Shown in pieces: positions 1-9,074 of a stretch of 64,000 nucleotides of DNA. The DNA comes from Nitrospirales bacterium. GTDB taxonomy: Bacteria > Nitrospirota > Nitrospiria > Nitrospirales > UBA8639. The notes under the pieces were generated by a model. It did not search any database and had not been told where the DNA came from. It saw only the letters and a list, made by a program, of their open reading frames with translations. The DNA lies in assembly GCA_963555755.3 (NCBI GenBank), contig OY820905.2, forward strand, positions 2,464,001-2,528,000, read 5' to 3'. The position numbers were made by a program, and so were the translations under genes. Position 1 is the stretch's first letter; every line of letters begins with the position of its first letter.

Positions 1-384
1 CAAAACCGGCTTCAGGAGGCTGCGTGTGCGGACTGACGCATACTCGCTCAAATAGATTCCGCTGGCCAGCCCGACCGGAACGGCGATCAGGGCAGCCCCT
101 GCCACCACGAGTAGAGTGCCGCACACGAGCGGAAGCACGCCGAAGGAGCGAGGCTTGAGGAGAGGCGTCCACGTCGTTCCAAAGAGGAACTCCAGGAGAG
201 GCACATCACGGTAGAACGAGAAGGCCTCCCGGGCGAGTACGAGGATGATGGCGATGGTGGTGGCGATGGATAAGAGCGCGCAAAGAAACAACCCTGTCTT
301 GATGCAGGTTTCCTGCCACCGGTTTTTCCACTTCCAATGGAGGTCTTCGGTTCCAATCACCGCGAGAGAGGAGTCCCCTTTCAT
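1..384 (-). CDS. pstC: Phosphate ABC transporter permease PstC (5' part; runs off window edge)
   Basis: Manual translation from ATG at 384: MKGDSS...LFLCALLSIATTIAIILVL...FLFGTTWTP...FGVLPLVCGTLLVVAGAALIAVPVGLASGIYLSEYA...LKPVL, a typical PstC N-terminus. Directly downstream of pstS. Absent from the ORF track because it has no stop in the window. Confidence 0.93.
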   Translation of the reverse strand, partial: MKGDSSLAVIGTEDLHWKWKNRWQETCIKTGLFLCALLSIATTIAIILVLAREAFSFYRDVPLLEFLFGTTWTPLLKPRSFGVLPLVCGTLLVVAGAALIAVPVGLASGIYLSEYASVRTRSLLKPVL

Positions 385-388
385 CCGC

Positions 389-1402
389 TTATGAACGTGC
401 ACCGAGAAGTTCTCCCAGGCTGATCCCTACCTTTGCTTTCTCTGAAAACACAGACCCTGTACGCCGACTCTTGAATCGCTCCAGGGCAAGCTCATAGACC
501 TGGTCCGGGAGCGGCACGTACCCGACTTCCTTGACCAATGTGGGCGCGTGTTGGAGGTAAAACGCCACGAATTCCGCTACCGGCGGACGTTCGGCCGCCG
601 CCTTGCTGACATAGATGAAGAGCGGACGGGAAAGCGGCTGGTACGTCCCGTCGTTGATCGTGGTGTTCGACGGAGCGATCGGCCCTTTGCCCCCGTCTAT
701 GGCCACAAGTTTCAGCAATGAACGGTTTTCCACATAGTAGGCGAATCCAAAAAAACCCAGGGCGTGTTCATCACCGGCGATGCCCTGGACAAGAACGTTG
801 TCATCTTCGCTGGCGGTGAAATCGGGCCGGGAAGCCTGCGCCTCGCCGTTGATGGCTTCCGTGAAATAGTCGAATGTCCCGGATGCGGTCCCCGGGCCAT
901 ACAACGCGAGAGGTTGGTCGGGCCACTCGGGGCGGACGTCATTCCATTTCTTGACGGTGCTTCCCGGCTGCCAGATCTTGCGAAGCTCCTCGACGGTCAA
1001 GGACTCGACAAATTCGTTTTTGGGGTTGACCACTACTGTCAGTCCGTCGAAGGCGACAGGTAGTTCGATGAACTCGATACTTCGCTCCTTTGCCCTCAGC
1101 AGTTCTGATTCTTTTATGGGCCGAGAAGCGTCATTAATATCCGTTTCGCTAGAAATGAACTTTTGGAATCCGCCGCCGGTTCCTGAGATCCCAACCGTCA
1201 CGCGAATGCCCTTATGTACCTTTTGAAAGTCCTCCGCTACGGCTTCGGTAATGGGAAAGACCGTGCTGGAGCCATCAATGGCCACCCTGCCCGAGAGCGC
1301 ATTGGTCCTTGGATCTTCGGCCTTTTCCCCACACCCGGTTCCTAAAAAGATCATGAATACCACAGTGCACGCAACATACGCTTTGGTTAAAAATCGCTGC
1401 AT
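389..1402 (-). CDS. pstS: Phosphate ABC transporter substrate-binding lipoprotein PstS
   Basis: Lipobox-like LGTGC; motifs DGSSTVFP, SGTGGGF, SGTFDYF, YQPLSRPLFIYV. Confidence 0.95.
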   Translation of the reverse strand: MQRFLTKAYVACTVVFMIFLGTGCGEKAEDPRTNALSGRVAIDGSSTVFPITEAVAEDFQKVHKGIRVTVGISGTGGGFQKFISSETDINDASRPIKESELLRAKERSIEFIELPVAFDGLTVVVNPKNEFVESLTVEELRKIWQPGSTVKKWNDVRPEWPDQPLALYGPGTASGTFDYFTEAINGEAQASRPDFTASEDDNVLVQGIAGDEHALGFFGFAYYVENRSLLKLVAIDGGKGPIAPSNTTINDGTYQPLSRPLFIYVSKAAAERPPVAEFVAFYLQHAPTLVKEVGYVPLPDQVYELALERFKSRRTGSVFSEKAKVGISLGELLGARS

Positions 1403-1444
1403 TTTCCTTTCTCCTTTCTTTTGAAAATTAGTGTAGCAACCTTT

Positions 1445-1494
1445 TGTAAAGACAGGATAAAGATCAGGTTAATTTTCCGAGTTACTCCGGTTAA
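1445..1494 (-). promoter_or_regulatory. Pho-box-like direct repeats upstream of pstS
   Basis: Minus-strand TTAACC/TTAACC/TTTATC/TTTACA units at 1489, 1467, 1456, 1445 (11-bp periodicity), upstream of pstS and beside phoBR. Confidence 0.65.
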
Positions 1495-1565
1495 GGTATT
1501 TGGGGGTGTTGTGCATAGGTGTTAAGCTATGAGTCTGCTTTATGGGTGTTTCGTGCCTTCAACCC

Positions 1566-1752
1566 GAAATCCGAATATCGAAATCCGAAACAAATCCGAA
1601 ATTCGAAACTCAACTGTTTCAAACGAATCAGTCAGGCAGAACAGGTGAATTGGCGTATTTGCTCTTCAAGCTCGTACAGACTGTTCTTCCGTGTTTTGGT
1701 CATTTGGAATTTGGTCATTTGAATTTGTTTCGGATTTCGATATTCGGATTTC
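1566..1752. repeat. Inverted-repeat cassette built from AAATCCG-like heptamers
   Basis: Perfect 30-bp inverted repeat GAAATCCGAATATCGAAATCCGAAACAAAT at 1566-1595 and 1723-1752. Confidence 0.85.
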
Positions 1753-1856
1753 TGGAAGGTATTTTCGCGCAAAACCTTAGCTTTACATCTATGGGATGGT
1801 AGGGGGACGGTGTAGGAAGCGCCGGAAAAAGGGAGACGAAAGATAGGTGCGAAAAA

Positions 1857-3641
1857 CTACGCGGATGTGGGTGCGAGTGGGAGGTATATACGAAAGGTAC
1901 TGCCCTTGCCGGGAACGCTGTCCACGGACACCCAACCACCATGTGCATGGGTGATATGCTTGACGATGGACAGGCCAAGGCCGGTTCCGCCAAGTTCCCT
2001 GGAGCGCGCCTTGTCCACGCGGTAGAACCGCTCGAAAATCCGGTCCAGGTCCCGAGGCTCGATCCCAATACCAGTGTCTTCGACTTCAATCACGGCATGC
2101 CCCTCTTCCTGGCGGAGACGGACCCAGACGCGCCCATTCTTTGGCGTATATTTGAGTGCGTTGTCCAACAAGTTTCTCACGACCTGACACAGCGCCTCCT
2201 CGTCACCCAAGACCGTCACCGGTTCTTCCGGAACTTGACTCTCTATGATGATGCCCTCCTTCTCACGCGGTGGAAGCAGACCTTGGGATGAAGCGAGGAC
2301 GGGATCGCGCAGGTCGAGGAATTTCCTTTCCAGGACATCTCCTTGTGTCTCCAGGCGGGAGATGGTCAGAAGGTCAGTCACAATTACGCCGAGGCGCATG
2401 GCTTGGTCCCGCACCTTAATGAGGAAGCGTTCGCGATGTTCAGGGTGCATCTGCTTGTCATCAATGAGCGTCTCAACCAAACCGCGAATTGCAGTAATTG
2501 GCGTTTTAAGTTCGTGAGAAACATTCGCGACGAAATCTCGTCGGACCGTCTCTAGCCGATGCAGTTCCGACAAGTCGTATAGGACAACTACCGCACCCAC
2601 AAGACTTCCTTGGCTGTCGTGCAGTGGCGAGGCGTTTACCTTGACAGCCCGATCTTGCGGTGGCCCTATGAGTTGCAGTTCCTCCGCCACCTCGGTTGCG
2701 TCACGGAGCGTTTTATCAACGATTTCACAAACTTTATGAATGGTAATCGACTCCCAGATCTTCTTGCCAACAATGCTCTCAGGCGAAATGCCAAGGATTA
2801 TCCCCGCCGCGGCGTTCATGTGAACAACACGCTCGTCTTGGTCGACGGCGACGACCCCTTCCACCATTCCTCCCAAAATGGCGAGCAACTTGTTACGATC
2901 CTTATTGATCGTTTCCATTCGATCCCGTAGGTTTTCTGACAGTCGATTAAGGGTGCGAGCAAGTGTACCGATTTCGTCTGTCGTGGTGACGGGTATCCTT
3001 TGGTCGTAGTTGCCGTGCGCCATCGACTCCGCTGCGGTAGTCATCGATGTGAGCGGATTGGTAACGCGTCGAGCAAAAAAGAGGCCTAGGATCAAGGCCA
3101 CCGAGACCGCTATTCCGGCTCCCAATGCCACCAGAGCATGCAGGTGGGCTAACCGTTCCTCAACAACGGAGAGGGGAAGAGACGTCCGGACATACCCGAC
3201 GAGCCGATCTTCACTCCACACCGGCAGAGCCAAGTACATCATCATTGTACCCAAGGTGTCGCTGAATCGAGTTGTGTTTCCAAGTTCGTGCGAACGTGCA
3301 GCAAGGATTTCAGGACGGTTCGCATGGTTATCCATTTCGGATGGATTCTCCTCGGAGTCCGCGATGACTCCTCCGTCCAATCCGATCACAGTGAGGCGAG
3401 TGTCGATTGCAGCGCCGAGGGCACGAATACGTTGTTGGAGAGTTGGGTCCGGAGGCCCTCGAAATGTGGGGCTTACCAGGTTTTGCAGGAACACCGCCCG
3501 AACGTTAAGAGATTGCCGGATTTCCTTGACCGAATCCTCTTCAATCTGTTGGGCGATTAAACCACCCACAATCGCCGTCGACAGCAGGATGAGCGCTACG
3601 TACCCCAGGTAAAGCTTTCGAAGAAAAGGAGAGCGGAGCAT
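1857..3641 (-). CDS. phoR: Phosphate regulon sensor histidine kinase PhoR (TM-HAMP-PAS-HisKA-HATPase)
   Basis: H-box DFVANVSHELKTP, N-box NLLDNALKY, RIFERFYRVDKARSRELGGTGLGLSIVKH; adjacent to pstS. Confidence 0.93.
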   Translation of the reverse strand: MLRSPFLRKLYLGYVALILLSTAIVGGLIAQQIEEDSVKEIRQSLNVRAVFLQNLVSPTFRGPPDPTLQQRIRALGAAIDTRLTVIGLDGGVIADSEENPSEMDNHANRPEILAARSHELGNTTRFSDTLGTMMMYLALPVWSEDRLVGYVRTSLPLSVVEERLAHLHALVALGAGIAVSVALILGLFFARRVTNPLTSMTTAAESMAHGNYDQRIPVTTTDEIGTLARTLNRLSENLRDRMETINKDRNKLLAILGGMVEGVVAVDQDERVVHMNAAAGIILGISPESIVGKKIWESITIHKVCEIVDKTLRDATEVAEELQLIGPPQDRAVKVNASPLHDSQGSLVGAVVVLYDLSELHRLETVRRDFVANVSHELKTPITAIRGLVETLIDDKQMHPEHRERFLIKVRDQAMRLGVIVTDLLTISRLETQGDVLERKFLDLRDPVLASSQGLLPPREKEGIIIESQVPEEPVTVLGDEEALCQVVRNLLDNALKYTPKNGRVWVRLRQEEGHAVIEVEDTGIGIEPRDLDRIFERFYRVDKARSRELGGTGLGLSIVKHITHAHGGWVSVDSVPGKGSTFRIYLPLAPTSA

Positions 3642-3644
3642 GAC

Positions 3645-4343
3645 CTACTTCTCTTCATCCCGGAATCGATAGCCGACTCCCCGGATGGTCTCGACCAAGT
3701 CCCTGTAGGGACCTAGCTTCTTTCGCACAGTTCGCATGTGGACATCGATATTGCGGCCAAGGACGAACGTATCTTCGCCGATTCCCTTGCTCAAGAGATT
3801 GTCTCGGGTATATACACGGCCCGGAGAGGATGCAAGGAAGTGGAGAAGTCGGAACTCCGTTGCGGTAAAGATAACTGCCTGCCCATTGACCCGAACCTCA
3901 TGCCGCTCGGCGTCGATCACCAATCCATCTCTCACGATTCGCTCTCCGGAAACCAGTTCCTTTTTGACCGATCCCCGACGTAAGACGGCCTTGACCCTTG
4001 CAAGGAGCTCCTTGGGACTGAACGGTTTGGTGATGTAGTCGTCGGCTCCGATGCCCAGCCCAAGGACGATATCACTTTCCTCTCCCTTGGCGGTGACTAT
4101 GATGACGGGGATATGTTGTGTCAGAGGATCTGATTTGAGCTTTCGGCACACTTCGATCCCATCGAGACCGGGCAACATTAAGTCAAGGAGTACAAGGTCA
4201 GGCTTTTCTTTTCGGACCAGGTGAACCCCTTCTTCGCCATCCCGAGCAGAGCAAACCCGGTACCCCTCCCGCAAAAGATTGTACTCAATCACCTCAAGGA
4301 TGTCGGCCTCATCCTCTATCACCATAACCTTCTCGCGCACCAT
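3645..4343 (-). CDS. phoB: OmpR/PhoB-family response regulator PhoB
   Basis: Receiver LLDLMLPG, GADDYITKPFS; wHTH ending ETIRGVGYRF; operonic with phoR. Confidence 0.92.
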   Translation of the reverse strand: MVREKVMVIEDEADILEVIEYNLLREGYRVCSARDGEEGVHLVRKEKPDLVLLDLMLPGLDGIEVCRKLKSDPLTQHIPVIIVTAKGEESDIVLGLGIGADDYITKPFSPKELLARVKAVLRRGSVKKELVSGERIVRDGLVIDAERHEVRVNGQAVIFTATEFRLLHFLASSPGRVYTRDNLLSKGIGEDTFVLGRNIDVHMRTVRKKLGPYRDLVETIRGVGYRFRDEEK

Positions 4344-4383
4344 CGGCCCTCTCTTTCTCCATGACTATCTGGGAAGCGCAGAT

Positions 4384-4414
4384 AGTAAAGCATCATTGTA
4401 AAGACGAGGTAAAG
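4384..4414 (-). promoter_or_regulatory. Pho-box-like repeats upstream of phoB (possible autoregulation)
   Basis: CTTTACC/CTTTACA/CTTTACT on the minus strand at 4408, 4397, 4384 (spacing 11 and 13 bp). Confidence 0.5.
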
Positions 4415-4710
4415 GATTCGTGATTTTTAGGATTCGAATCCTATACCCGGACGACCGTGTGATTTTCCTACTATGTTGTGAGCGTTGTTGCATAATCCTG
4501 GAAACGGCAGTTGGGCGCAAAAAAGACGTGTAAGGTATTGGCACACCGGGTGAATTACAAAAAGTCGTGGCCACCTTCGTGGTAATGAGATATTTTTCTT
4601 TTGCCAGGTGCGCCAAGAGCTTGCGCGGATGTTTGTGATCCAACTGCCGTTTCTAGGTTTAATCGGGAATCCAGGTGCGTTTTTTCTTTGACGAAGGTAG
4701 GTTTCATAGA

Positions 4711-5046
4711 TGGGTCTGATTGAGAATAATTATATGCAGGGTTTCGCCCCTGCAGACGAGGTTCCCTCGACGGATTCGGGACAGGCTCTTTTGTTTCGGC
4801 AAAAGGACCCAAAACTATTCTCGCCCGTGCCCGCCCCCCATGCCCCCGCGTGGGCAGCCTCTTCGGATGCCTCCGCCTCCGCACCGAATCCTTCGACTCC
4901 GCTCAGGATAGGTCACATGGCTACGTAACTCGCGGAGTCTATCCTTCGCCCTTCGACAAACTCAAGCCAGGCCTTGCCGAAGGGCTCAAACAGCCCCCGC
5001 CAAAGAAGTTGATTTGGTGCTGCGGCTCCGCCGCGCCCAACGCGGG
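4711..5046. repeat. Non-coding repeat/MITE family A, carrying nested CTTCGAC...CTCAGG palindromic inserts
   Basis: Shares GAGAATAATTAT.TGCAGGGTTTCG...CTTTTGTTTCGGCAAAAG...GCTCAAACAGCCC core with 8061-8280, 12434-12653 and 49690-49853. Confidence 0.8.
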
Positions 5047-5301
5047 TTGAGGTGAGCTTTTGATATTCTTAACCCTGCCAAACTCTCGACAAAAGATCTA
5101 ACGGCACATCTCTCCCTCAGGTGGCTTTATAAAGTTTAGCGTCCCCTTTTAAAAAGATGAAAATTGAAAAGGATTGTGCTCTAGTGGGAAGACCAAAAAC
5201 AATTATGCGGAACAGGTTGCGAAAAATCTAACATTCTTCAGTGAGGGATCAACTAAACTTTGGATGAGAGAAAATTGTTTAGCGAACGATCAAGTAAAAG
5301 A
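5033..5301. repeat. 269-bp non-coding module B, copy 1
   Basis: Near-identical to 8482-8750; its 3' ~145 bp has diverged copies at ~7862-8005 and ~12235-12378. Confidence 0.85.
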
Positions 5302-5409
5302 ATTTTCAGCCCCTCTTTCTTTATTTCCTGAATGTAAAAAAACTTAGACTTTATTTTTCAGCCACAGTCAGAATGAGTCAACTCTTACGTGTTCCATGGT
5401 CATTGGGCC

Positions 5410-5518
5410 TGTCATTCCCGCGGCACGGGTCAAAACGATTCACCACAGAGCCATGAACGCGGGAATCCAGTATTTCGAACGTAAAGACTGGATGCCCGCT
5501 TACTCCTGCGGGCATGAC
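5410..5518. repeat. REP-like palindromic element (GTCATTCCCGC...GCGGGAATCCAG type)
   Basis: TGTCATTCCCGCG...GCGGGAATCCAG and inverted CTGGATGCCCGC...GCGGGCATGAC arms. Confidence 0.7.
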
Positions 5519-5670
5519 GGAAGGCGAAGAAGGGGCATGAGGCTTCGCTCCAAAACAATCGTGCATTGTCTGTAAAATGAAATCCAAGTTTTTACACCTG
5601 AAATTACATTTGTCCCCTTTTTTAACCCCGTTATGTGGGCTTGAAAAAGGGTCTGCTCCAGCAAGAAACA

Positions 5671-6006
5671 CTAGATGGATAGTTGGTCGGCGAAAGTAAC
5701 CGTAGTCGTTGCGGGGCGTCTACTTCTTTTGCGTTTGACAATAATTTCAATTTCGCGGTCTAGTTTATTAAGCAAGCGAAAAAGACGATCCACGGAAAAC
5801 CCGCTCAAACCTCCACGGGCAAGATCGGAAACTCTAGATTGAGGAATTCCCAAAATTGCCCCAGCCTCTTTCTGTGTTAACTTCCATTTTTTGATGATGG
5901 CATTGAACTGACTCACCAGTTTGGCTTTGGTCTCCATGTCTTCGGGATTATCAAAGCCGAGGTCGGTAAAGACGTCGCCTGAGCCTCTTGCAATGTTCTC
6001 TGTCAT
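5671..6006 (-). CDS. XRE-family HTH antitoxin (HigA-like)
   Basis: GSGDVFTDLGF N-terminus, LTQKEAGAILGIPQSRVSDL HTH, FSVDRLFRLLNKLDREIEI. Confidence 0.85.
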   Translation of the reverse strand: MTENIARGSGDVFTDLGFDNPEDMETKAKLVSQFNAIIKKWKLTQKEAGAILGIPQSRVSDLARGGLSGFSVDRLFRLLNKLDREIEIIVKRKRSRRPATTTVTFADQLSI

Positions 6007-6074
6007 GACCTTTGCTTCTTCTTTAAATCTTCTTCTGCCATATTGAACCTTCCTGTAAACTCTTCAATATCCAA
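6003..6074 (-). pseudogene. Probable C-terminal remnant of a RelE/Gp49-like toxin
   Basis: Frame LDIEEFTGRFNMAEEDLKKKQRS* ends in an ATGA overlap with the antitoxin start; no upstream coding region survives. Confidence 0.4.
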
Positions 6075-6281
6075 ACATGCTAGTAGTAGGACAATTAGAT
6101 AGGCAATACAAGACCAATTGGAGGGAAAGAAGAGGCTCATTGCTCGCCCTCCCGCCCGGACTCAATGGTTCGTCGAAAAATCAATACTCATGCCTGGCCG
6201 CATTTCTGACCCTGGAGAGAGTATTGAGAAAAACAATTAATTATTTAACTAGGATTGACCTTTATTATTTTCTTTATTTTC

Positions 6282-6653
6282 TTATTTGACGTAGATCACT
6301 CCAGGCAGGTCCTTCAGGTCCGCGTCTCCCGTGACGACTTGCGCGTCCTGATCCCTGGCGGTGGCATACACGATGGCATCGGCCATGGCTAAACCGTACA
6401 ACAGGCTCATATCCGCCGCCAGATACGCGATGGATTCCGTGAGCTGGACGACATGGCTCGCACTGAGTTGTGCCGAAACCAATAAGGCCGTCTCTTCCCC
6501 CCTCTCCCGTTTGATTTTCTTGTACACTTCATACAGAACGATGGTCGGGATGATGCGGTCATGCCGAGGCGAGAAATAGGCAGCATAGCGTTCGGCAAGT
6601 GGCCCTTCTGTAAAGAATTCGATCCATCCGCTGGAATCCATCAGGATTTTCAC
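6282..6653 (-). CDS. vapC: VapC-family PIN toxin, copy 1
   Basis: ILMDSSGWIE, VLYEV, LAMADAIVYATA, VVTGDADL acidic PIN residues. Confidence 0.9.
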   Translation of the reverse strand: MKILMDSSGWIEFFTEGPLAERYAAYFSPRHDRIIPTIVLYEVYKKIKRERGEETALLVSAQLSASHVVQLTESIAYLAADMSLLYGLAMADAIVYATARDQDAQVVTGDADLKDLPGVIYVK

Positions 6654-6865
6654 AGCCGGTCCTGCTTTTCCCGAATGCCTGTCTTGGACATCCCCTTAAG
6701 TAATCCCTTCAGGCTTTTGAGGGGCAATTCCGGCACCAGGGTGATCACTCCACCCCTTTCTATGACCTGTAAACGCTGCTGAGGACACAGGTGAAGCTTC
6801 TCCCGCACGTCCTTGGGGATCACAATTTGAAATTTTGGTGAAATCGTTGTCGTGGCCATGCTCAA
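6650..6865 (-). CDS. AbrB/MazE/SpoVT-type antitoxin, copy 1
   Basis: TTISPKFQIVIPKDVREKL motif; overlaps the vapC start. Confidence 0.9.
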   Translation of the reverse strand: MSMATTTISPKFQIVIPKDVREKLHLCPQQRLQVIERGGVITLVPELPLKSLKGLLKGMSKTGIREKQDRL

Positions 6866-7184
6866 CCCTCCATACTAAATCATGATCGATCATGCTATCG
6901 TCTTACGACTTGCCAGTCAAGCGCGGGGGCCTCGCGCGGGATAACATATCTCTGAATAGTGAAAACTGATAACTTCCAAGTAAATAAATTGGATTAAAAT
7001 GCTTATGTCCCTTTCGGTGAAAGTAATAGTGAGAGCTTTTCCAAACAAGGAGTCATTCCATTTCTTTTCGAATAATTTCAGTGTTTTTCTGACATCTTTG
7101 TTGTTCGTGTGTTTCCCAATTATGCCATGCGAAAACCCAATAATAAGTTTCCTGGCACCTTTTCCTTCTCTTCAAAATATCCTG

Positions 7185-7730
7185 CTATTCATCGGTGTAG
7201 GTTTCCAGTAATTCCTGGATGCGGGAGAAGATTCGATACAACTCCTTCTGCTGCTTGACAATTTCGGCATGGTTGGCTGCGGCGGCGACACAGCCTCCAA
7301 GTTCATCCAGATCGTCCAGGGTAAGACTGACTGAGAGGCCATTCTTTTCTACGATGGCCAAGCGGATGCGGTTTTCGAATTCAGGTGGTAAGCAAATATC
7401 ACTATCGAGGAGAAGCTGCTGTTCACGTTTGCTGAGCGTGAGGGAAAGCTTTTCGTCTGGTTTGATCTTTTTCCGGGGAGGATTGGAGGGAGAGTTTAGG
7501 CCTGGGAACTGAACGTGTGGGTAAAGGACCGTGATTGAGCGGGCTTGGCCAGGGATACGCGAAATGAATCCCCGTTTTTCCAAGGTCAGAATCATCTGGT
7601 GCACCGATGGCGGCGAGATTTGGAAATGCCGCTGCATGTCGGCTTCCGCAGGAGGCACCCTCAGAATCAAGGTGTACCCGGCAATAAATGTCAGAAACTC
7701 AAGCTGGCGAGGTGTAGGTTTGGCATCCAT
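7185..7730 (-). CDS. LexA-DBD/MarR-like winged-HTH protein fused to an uncharacterised helical domain, copy 1
   Basis: TPRQLEFL..I..Y...PPAEADMQRHFQISPPSVHQMILTLEKRGFISRIPGQARSI; no LexA peptidase domain. Confidence 0.75.
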   Translation of the reverse strand: MDAKPTPRQLEFLTFIAGYTLILRVPPAEADMQRHFQISPPSVHQMILTLEKRGFISRIPGQARSITVLYPHVQFPGLNSPSNPPRKKIKPDEKLSLTLSKREQQLLLDSDICLPPEFENRIRLAIVEKNGLSVSLTLDDLDELGGCVAAAANHAEIVKQQKELYRIFSRIQELLETYTDE

Positions 7731-8060
7731 TCAGGGTTCTCCTGTGAAAGCCATATTCAGGACAAAGGGGGGGATCACGTCGAGTTTTGTAGCGCGGATC
7801 ATCCGATCAACAAATGGGGACAGAATGGTCGACCTCCTTTCCTTCACGAGGGATAACTTCCATGAAAATTGAAAAGGATTGTGCCCTAGTGGGAAGACAA
7901 GAAGCAATGATGCGGGATAGGCTGGGCGAGAGCGATCATTTTTCGGTGAGGGATCATCTAAATTTCCAATGAGAAGGATTTGTTTAGCGAACGATCAAGG
8001 AAAAGATTTCTGAGCCCTTCTTCATATCCTGAAAATAAATCTGTCCACTTTTTCTTGATT

Positions 8061-8280
8061 GGGTTTGTTTGAGAATAATTATTTGCAGGGTTTCGTCCCT
8101 GCACGACGAGTCACTTTTGTTTCGGCAAAAGTGACCAAAACCATTTCCGCCCGTGCGCGGCCCTTCGGGTGCCTCCGCCTCCGTCCCGAATCAAGATGGC
8201 TCGGGAACTCGCTCTGCTCAAACAGCCCTCGCCGAAAAGTCGATTCGGGACTGAGGCTCCGCCGCTCCCAAGGCGGGAAG
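8061..8280. repeat. Repeat/MITE family A copy
   Basis: Identical to 12434-12653; related to 4711-5046 and 49690-49853. Confidence 0.8.
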
Positions 8281-8481
8281 ACACTCAAGAAACAAATCCA
8301 GTTTTCAAACTAGTGCGGGGGAGAGCAAATCCTATTAAACTCAACATGCCTAACCCTACTTCCAACATGCAGTCGTGGTTTTCTAGCCATGCTCCCATCG
8401 CAATTGAACGACCAAATTAGCGCAATAACGCAGGCCTGACCCTCCTATGACCCTCCTACCAGGCCTGACCCTCCTACCGCT

Positions 8482-8750
8482 GCGCCCAACGCGGGTTGAG
8501 GTGAGCTTTTGATATTCTTAACCCTGCCAAACTCTCGACAAAAGATCTAACGGCAAATCTCTCCCTCAGGTGGCTTTATAAAGTTTAGCGTCCCCTTTTA
8601 AAAAGATGAAAATTGAAAAGGATTGTGCTCTAGTGGGAAGACCAAAAACAATTATGCGGAACAGGTTGCGAAAAATCTAACATTCTTCAGTGAGGGATCA
8701 ACTAAACTTTGGATGAGAGAAAATTGTTTAGCGAACGATCAAGGAAAAGA
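8482..8750. repeat. Module B copy 2, preceded by three TGACCCTCCTA units (8437-8476)
   Basis: Near-identical to 5033-5301. Confidence 0.85.
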
Positions 8751-8838
8751 GGTGTAAATTTCGTTACATTCCTAGAAAATAAATCTTTCCCTGTTTTTCT
8801 AAGAAATGAAAAGGAATGCCTTGGGAAGTAATGGGTCG

Positions 8839-9048
8839 TTAAACAGGTTGATAATAAAGCACTAAGAGTTGTTTAGATTTTAATGGGAGGGTCGCATAGG
8901 TACGGCCATCATTATCAACAAACTCGATTTCGAACATGTCTGATCTCAGCGACTCGATGACAGTACCTACCTGTCCACGACGCAATTCATGCTCTGGAAT
9001 GTCTTCTGTTAACGCCACCACATCTAAGGTATGGATTTCCCAGTTCAT
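8839..9048 (-). CDS. DUF4926-like small protein
   Basis: LDVVALTEDIPEHELRRGQVGTVIE...FEIEFVDNDGRTYA pattern; start moved to the ATG at 9048. Confidence 0.8.
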   Translation of the reverse strand: MNWEIHTLDVVALTEDIPEHELRRGQVGTVIESLRSDMFEIEFVDNDGRTYATLPLKSKQLLVLYYQPV

Positions 9049-9074
9049 TAGGTGTTTAGTCCCGCTCCCTTTTA

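Larger units (their letters stand above)
6120..8448. repeat. ~2.3-kb segmental duplication, copy 1 (vapBC + HTH gene + repeats)
   Basis: Colinear with 10502-12821 (offset 4382, then 4373 after a 9-bp indel). Confidence 0.95.

Noticed and set aside
87..356. 89-aa Ser/Pro-rich track ORF
   Set aside because: Wrong frame of pstC, which reads from 384 to the window edge
3010..3612. 200-aa plus-strand ORF and similar antisense ORFs across the window
   Set aside because: Shadows of well-supported genes on the opposite strand
6940..7180. Open minus-strand frame between the HTH gene and the antitoxin
   Set aside because: No clear start/RBS or recognisable motif; possibly a gene fragment
8059..8420. 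ORFs within repeat family A (also 4555-5050, 12432-12793, 49566-49983)
   Set aside because: Translations of non-coding palindromic repeats
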